Of a stretch of DNA of 32,000 nucleotides, positions 27,442 to 32,000 are shown piece by piece; within the stretch, counting starts at the first letter, position 1; each line of letters starts with the position of its first letter. The stretch is from contig SHMX01000005.1 of NCBI GenBank assembly GCA_008080745.1, positions 180,001-212,000 of the forward strand, written 5' to 3'. This DNA comes from Candidatus Thorarchaeota archaeon. Its GTDB lineage: Archaea; Asgardarchaeota; Thorarchaeia; Thorarchaeales; Thorarchaeaceae. A model generated the notes under the pieces. The model was not told where the DNA came from. It worked only from the letters and a program-made list of their open reading frames with translations, and ran no database searches. Made by a program: the position numbers and the translations under genes.

Positions 27442-28107
27442 ATGACTGAGGAATCTGCTTGTGTTCTCGTAATCATAGCTCATCCAGATGATGAATCTCT
27501 TGGAGCGGGAGGGACAATACGTCAGCATGTCATCAACGGTATTCCTGTCGACGTGCATTGTATGACTGGAAACGAGGAACGGAACGAAGAGCTGAAGAAA
27601 GCATGTTCGGTTCTTGGAGTTAGAAATCTCTATCTGAGTGAACGAGAAGATTTTGATATTGACATGAGTATGGTTCATGAGGTTGTGGCAACCATTCTAA
27701 AGTCGCGCCCAACCATAATCATCACGCATTCTCAGGAGGATTATAACCGAAACCATCAGATTTGTGCTCAGATAGTAGAGCAGGCTGTGGAGTGGGCCTC
27801 TCATATTACCATATTTGACAATGCTCATCGTGTAGAACGCATCTATCACATGGAGATTAATTCTCTGCATCCTCATCCTCATGTGCATGTGAATATAACT
27901 AACTCCTATTCAGAAGCTTTGCATGCACTAAGACAACATAAATCTCAGACTTCAAAGGCAAATGATTTCTACGAAAAATTGTATGATGCACGAACTAGAT
28001 TGCGCGGCGTACAGGCTGATGTAAAACGGGCTGAGGCATTTACAATATCATTGCCAAAGCACGCTGGTCCATTCTATCCTGAGAACAGTGTTGAAACACT
28101 GGTATAG
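27442..28107 (+). CDS. bshB: PIG-L/LmbE family deacetylase, BshB-like
   Basis: IAHPDDESLGAGGTI, R..E...AC.VLGV, RPTIIITH...D...H, R..RG...V..AEAF. Divergent from bshA. Confidence 0.75.
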   Translation: MTEESACVLVIIAHPDDESLGAGGTIRQHVINGIPVDVHCMTGNEERNEELKKACSVLGVRNLYLSEREDFDIDMSMVHEVVATILKSRPTIIITHSQEDYNRNHQICAQIVEQAVEWASHITIFDNAHRVERIYHMEINSLHPHPHVHVNITNSYSEALHALRQHKSQTSKANDFYEKLYDARTRLRGVQADVKRAEAFTISLPKHAGPFYPENSVETLV

Positions 28108-28112
28108 GTCCG

Positions 28113-28511
28113 TTAACTGCCCTCTGCCTTCTTTCTGCGAGCTGCGAGAAGGGCTTTGAGCTCACCCATCATTCCGCCTCCACCGCCTCCGCCAGCTGGC
28201 TTGGGTGGGGGTGCTCTAGCTATTGGAGCCTTTGCCATTGCTGGAGCTGCATCAGCTGCATCGGATGGACCTGATGAAGATGGTGTAAATGACCCTGATG
28301 CTAGTTTACTCTGCATAGAACCTATCTGTGACTCTAAACCGCCGACCTCACTTCTCAGAGTTGCTACTTCGGATTGTAGACCTTCAATAAACTCGATTAG
28401 TTTCTTGGTAATGGTACTAACAACTTCTCCAAGTTCGCGTAATTTCTCTTCTGTTGGATCTTTTAGAGCCCATTCGAACTCTTCCATAATGAAATCTTCA
28501 TCGTCACCCAT
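28113..28511 (-). CDS. Acidic N-terminus / coiled coil / Pro-Gly linker / basic amphipathic C-terminal helix protein (VASP-FAB/WH2-like)
   Basis: MGDDEDFIMEEFEW, heptads LQSEVATLRSEVGGLESQIGSMQSKL, and C-terminal APPPKPAGGGGGGGMMGELKALLAARRKKAEGS. TTTATA box about 50 nt upstream on the minus strand. Confidence 0.75.
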   Translation of the reverse strand: MGDDEDFIMEEFEWALKDPTEEKLRELGEVVSTITKKLIEFIEGLQSEVATLRSEVGGLESQIGSMQSKLASGSFTPSSSGPSDAADAAPAMAKAPIARAPPPKPAGGGGGGGMMGELKALLAARRKKAEGS

Positions 28512-28632
28512 ATGTATTCAGACCCCTAAGTAGGCATATCTGATTTTATTTAATTGTGCTATAAACCTTGTTTGCTTATGGTTGTCTTGCATGATAGACT
28601 TTGTCATTTCGCAATATGAAGTCACTGCTTTT

Positions 28633-30018
28633 TCAAAGCTTCTTCATGGTTTCCTCTACCACTGATTTCGCCAGTACAAGAATTTCATGGGTTCTTGCCT
28701 TGTTAGCTGCCTCACAGGTGATACGAATGATTGGTTCTGTCCCTGAGGGTCGTACGAGAAGCCATCCATCCTCAAGAACTATTCCTAGTCCATCTACAGT
28801 TAGAACCTCAACAACATCGCCCATTGATTTAGGTAAATATTCAGAGAGTTGTTCCATCGCTTCCTCTTTCTGATCATTAGGACAAGGCACTTTTGTTTTT
28901 TCAAGGGGATAGACTGGAATCTCTGCAATAAGCTCACCGAATGCTTTTCCTGTTTCAGCCATACTTTCAAGAATCTTGCAAATTGCTAAGAATGGCTCAG
29001 GTGCAAGATGGAACTCGGGAAAGATAAAGACTCCACAGGCCTCGCCTCCCATAATCGCCTTTTCCTCCTTGATTTTCACTGCGACTTGGATGTCACCGAC
29101 AGGAGTTCGGATTGTCTTTCCACCCGCTCTTTGAACAGTTTCATCAAGGACCTTTGAACTGTCCACAGTGGTGACAATTGTCTTATTCGATTCCTCTCTA
29201 AGATAGCTCTTAGCAATCAGAGCAATGGTTCGGTCTCCCCGAACAACCTCTCCTGTTTTTGTCACAAAAACAACTCGGTCCGAATCGCCGTCGTGCGCAA
29301 TTCCCAAATCAGCCCCTGTCTTCTGGATGAGTTGAATTAGGTCTGTTAGTGATTCTTCTTCAGGTTCAGATTTTCTTCCAGGAAAATGACCATCAAGTTG
29401 ACTATTTATGCTGACTACTTTACATCCCAATTCTTGCATCAGGTATGGAGTTAGCACACAGGCAGCACCATTACCAGGATCAACTATCACCTTGTATCTC
29501 TTAGACCTGATCAGGTCTGCTCTGCACTGGTTGAGTAAGCGTGAGATATGCTGACTTACTAGGTTTGGAATCATGGATTCTTTTCCGAGTTGGTCCCAGT
29601 CTGCCACCAAGTATTCTTTGGAATGGTATATCCGTTCCAATTCGGACTCGATATCCTGTGTGAGACCCATGCTATCAGCACCCCAGAACTTGACTCCTGT
29701 GTATTCCGGTGGATTATGAGAAGCTGTCACCATCAGGCCCGCATCATATCCAAGCTCTCTGGTCATCAATGCCAAAGTTGGTGTAGGGATTATTCCTGTG
29801 CGTACCACATTCACCCCGGTTGACAACAATCCCGCTGAAAGAGCATCTGCAATCATCAGTCCGGTAATTCTAGCATCTCTTGCAATCAAGACGGTACCTC
29901 TTTTCAGATAGGTGCCAAGCGATTTACCCAAACGCATTGCCATCTCTACATCGAACTCTGTTCCGTATACCTTTCGGACTCCGGTCGTTCCAAAGAGCTT
30001 CTTAGTCATAGTGCCCAC
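28633..30018 (-). CDS. glmM: Phosphoglucosamine mutase / phosphomannomutase (alpha-D-phosphohexomutase)
   Basis: LFGTTGVR, TASHNP (phosphoserine), DGDSDR (metal loop), GEACG, LVRPSGTEP.IRI. GlmM versus PMM/PGM specificity is not resolved. Confidence 0.85.
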   Translation of the reverse strand: MGTMTKKLFGTTGVRKVYGTEFDVEMAMRLGKSLGTYLKRGTVLIARDARITGLMIADALSAGLLSTGVNVVRTGIIPTPTLALMTRELGYDAGLMVTASHNPPEYTGVKFWGADSMGLTQDIESELERIYHSKEYLVADWDQLGKESMIPNLVSQHISRLLNQCRADLIRSKRYKVIVDPGNGAACVLTPYLMQELGCKVVSINSQLDGHFPGRKSEPEEESLTDLIQLIQKTGADLGIAHDGDSDRVVFVTKTGEVVRGDRTIALIAKSYLREESNKTIVTTVDSSKVLDETVQRAGGKTIRTPVGDIQVAVKIKEEKAIMGGEACGVFIFPEFHLAPEPFLAICKILESMAETGKAFGELIAEIPVYPLEKTKVPCPNDQKEEAMEQLSEYLPKSMGDVVEVLTVDGLGIVLEDGWLLVRPSGTEPIIRITCEAANKARTHEILVLAKSVVEETMKKL

Positions 30019-30113
30019 AATTTACTACTCAAAATTTCTCCATGAAAAATCTATCTACTGATAGGCAAAATATCTCTATATGTGGTTTTTCTTATTCTTT
30101 GCCCGGTGTTCTC

Positions 30114-30905
30114 ATGCCATACTTTGAGTACAATGGATTGAAGTTACATTATCTTGACGTTGATGAACGAGAAGACAAATACAATGGTATACCAATGGTG
30201 TTGGTCCATGGAGCTGGTTCCTATCATGTCATTTGGACTCTACAGATTGAGGAGTTTGCAAAAAGTCATCGAGTCATTGCCTTAGACTTATCTAACCACG
30301 GCTTATCCGATGATAATGATGATCCCGCTGATATTCACGACTATGCCAAAGAAGTTGCAGCTCTTGTCCGTCATGTAGGTCTAGATAAGTATGTACTTGT
30401 TGGTCATAGTATGGGTGGTGGTGTTGTGATGTCGTATGGTCTGCAACAAGACCTACCCCAACCAACCGCTATGGTGTTGGTTAGTACTCGACCCGACCTG
30501 AAGATTCGTAATCTAGCTGTGGGTTTAGTCATAGAGGCAGTTGAGGACACATTCAATCTTCTGCGAGGACGAATCTCCAAACACAAGACTCGTGAATACG
30601 AGATTCGATCTCTTGAGGGAGAGATGAAGGAGAAGCGACCAAAAATGATGTCACGGGATCTAAAGGCCTGTGATATATTTGATGTGACCGAGCAACTTTC
30701 TGAGATTCAAGTTCCAATCCTTGTTGTATGTGGTGATGAGGATAATATCATGCCACTTGATGAAGTAGAAGAATACGAGGTACTGTTCCCAGATGCTGAA
30801 ATTATGGTTGTTAACAAGTCTGATCACAATCCCATGGTGGAACAGCCAGAGCAGTTCAATCAGATTTTAGCAGATTTTCTTAAATTGGTGGAATCTGAAA
30901 TATAA
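30114..30905 (+). CDS. Alpha/beta-fold hydrolase
   Basis: Likely start MPYFEYNG (ATG 30114). LVHGAG oxyanion motif, GHSMGG nucleophile elbow, GDEDNI acid, SDHNPMVEQP His. Confidence 0.92.
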   Translation: MPYFEYNGLKLHYLDVDEREDKYNGIPMVLVHGAGSYHVIWTLQIEEFAKSHRVIALDLSNHGLSDDNDDPADIHDYAKEVAALVRHVGLDKYVLVGHSMGGGVVMSYGLQQDLPQPTAMVLVSTRPDLKIRNLAVGLVIEAVEDTFNLLRGRISKHKTREYEIRSLEGEMKEKRPKMMSRDLKACDIFDVTEQLSEIQVPILVVCGDEDNIMPLDEVEEYEVLFPDAEIMVVNKSDHNPMVEQPEQFNQILADFLKLVESEI

Positions 30906-31056
30906 TACACAAGTTTGTATTAAGCTCGCGAAAGCTTATTAGTTGCTGTCCCTTCTAAAATCGCTGGAGAACACTTGCCAATTCCTAAGGATTCGGCTCT
31001 TGTGTTTGTGGATATAGCTTTCATCCGTCCAACCAATAATTAAACGAGGCGTTCAC

Positions 31057-31599
31057 GTGAGTAGTAGCTATGATTTCCTGTTCAAGGTAGTGGTGCTAGG
31101 GGAAGGCGCAGTGGGTAAGACTGCTATTGTTACACGCTTCTCTCATGGTTTCTTCCGTACCGATTACAAGACTACTATTGGTTCTCAATTTGCAGTCAAG
31201 AATCTAGAGATTCCTAGTGGGAAAAATGATTCCCTTACAGTGAAATTGCAAATATGGGATGTTGCAGGCCAGTCTCGTTTTCAAATCCTACGTCCCATGT
31301 ATTACCGTGGGTCCAGTGGTGGTATCCTTGTCTATGATGTGAGCCGACGGAGGACCTTCATTGTCCTTGAGGAATGGCTAGAAGAGTTAGAAAAGGCTCT
31401 TGGTAAGAAGATTCCTCTGGTACTTGTTGCCAACAAGACTGACTTACCTGATCGTGTTGTTGATCCTGCAGAAGGTAAGGAATTTGCAGAACGTCACGAT
31501 ATGCCTTATGTCGAATCAAGCGCAAAGACGGGACAGGGGATAGTGGATATCTTCGAGCAACTGGCTAAGACTCTTGTTGAAGAACGAACTACAGAATGA
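31057..31599 (+). CDS. Rab-like small GTPase
   Basis: G1 GEGAVGKT, G2 TTIG, G3 WDVAGQ, G4 NKTD, G5 SAK. Rab-family-like segments KLQIW, RFQIL, YYRGS, LVYDVS. Confidence 0.93.
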   Translation: MSSSYDFLFKVVVLGEGAVGKTAIVTRFSHGFFRTDYKTTIGSQFAVKNLEIPSGKNDSLTVKLQIWDVAGQSRFQILRPMYYRGSSGGILVYDVSRRRTFIVLEEWLEELEKALGKKIPLVLVANKTDLPDRVVDPAEGKEFAERHDMPYVESSAKTGQGIVDIFEQLAKTLVEERTTE

Positions 31600-31741
31600 G
31601 TCTAGGATTGTAACAATTCTGATTGCAAATCTTTTCATATTAATTGATACTGTTTTAGACAGGATGCTTTCTCGGATATCTGCGTGCTTTCATGTTGTGC
31701 CCTAACTCATATCAGGGAGTTATGCTTATGCAATATCGAAA

Positions 31742-32000
31742 ATGACAAATCCTGATGAGTACTATCCGGTAAACACTCTTCCCGCCTTGGCATGGGCACT
31801 AAATCTCTACTTCAAAAAGGGTGCTCCTTTCAAAGAATCCCGAATCATCGAAATGATTCTTCCTGCTGATAAGCACAAAGAGAAACTAAAGACGAAAGCT
31901 GTCCATGAGATTGCTGTCTGGATTGCAGATAAGCAGGTCTATGCCAGAGCAAGATGCCCGTACGATAAAAAATGTAGTTTCAATTCCGAACGAATTCTTG
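31742..32000 (+). CDS. Hypothetical protein, truncated at the window end
   Basis: Manual translation MTNPDEYYPVNTLPALAWALNLYFKKGAPFKESRIIEMILPADKHKEKLKTKAVHEIAVWIADKQVYARARCPYDKKCSFNSERIL..., open to base 32000. Confidence 0.6.
   Translation, partial: MTNPDEYYPVNTLPALAWALNLYFKKGAPFKESRIIEMILPADKHKEKLKTKAVHEIAVWIADKQVYARARCPYDKKCSFNSERIL

Noticed and set aside
28156-28533. Plus-strand Pro-rich ORF (PPPPPPP) antisense to the VASP-like gene
   Set aside because: The poly-Pro is simply the reverse complement of GGN Gly codons. The minus-strand frame has a coherent coiled coil, a start context and a promoter. The same applies to 4039-4221.
1-32000. tRNA, rRNA, SECIS/selenoprotein read-through, transposases, integrases
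   Set aside because: None recognised by eye in intergenic regions or ORFs. tRNAscan-SE and Infernal were not run, so small ncRNAs cannot be excluded.

Overview
Gene-dense archaeal chromosomal window. It is most likely from an Asgard archaeon such as a Thorarchaeota-like lineage, inferred from the Rab-like GTPase, longin-like protein, A-type ATPase and TrmI. No mobile element, CRISPR array, rRNA or tRNA was recognised. Core content: LarA-family Ni-pincer racemase (truncated), Na/Pi cotransporter, a split A/V-type ATP synthase membrane and stator cluster (C, K, E, H, I; no A, B, D, F) preceded by four small membrane proteins, TrmI, a HerA/DUF87 ATPase, a Nudix hydrolase, PyrF, a PLP aminotransferase, a complete bshA/bshB/bshC bacillithiol-type cluster next to a phosphohexomutase, an alpha/beta hydrolase and a Rab-like GTPase. 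The most unusual items are: (1) a 132-aa coiled-coil/Pro/Gly protein ending in a motif very like the Ena/VASP F-actin-binding segment; (2) a secreted CUB + 2xPPC + caspase-fold protease; (3) a longin + winged-helix protein with an NPRL2/3-like layout; (4) a bacillithiol cluster with a Zn-ribbon BshC and a deacetylase with an altered active site; (5) stem-loops at five convergent gene junctions and a recurring intergenic ATGTCGTCAA motif. All family assignments come from motif recognition by eye, not from database searches.
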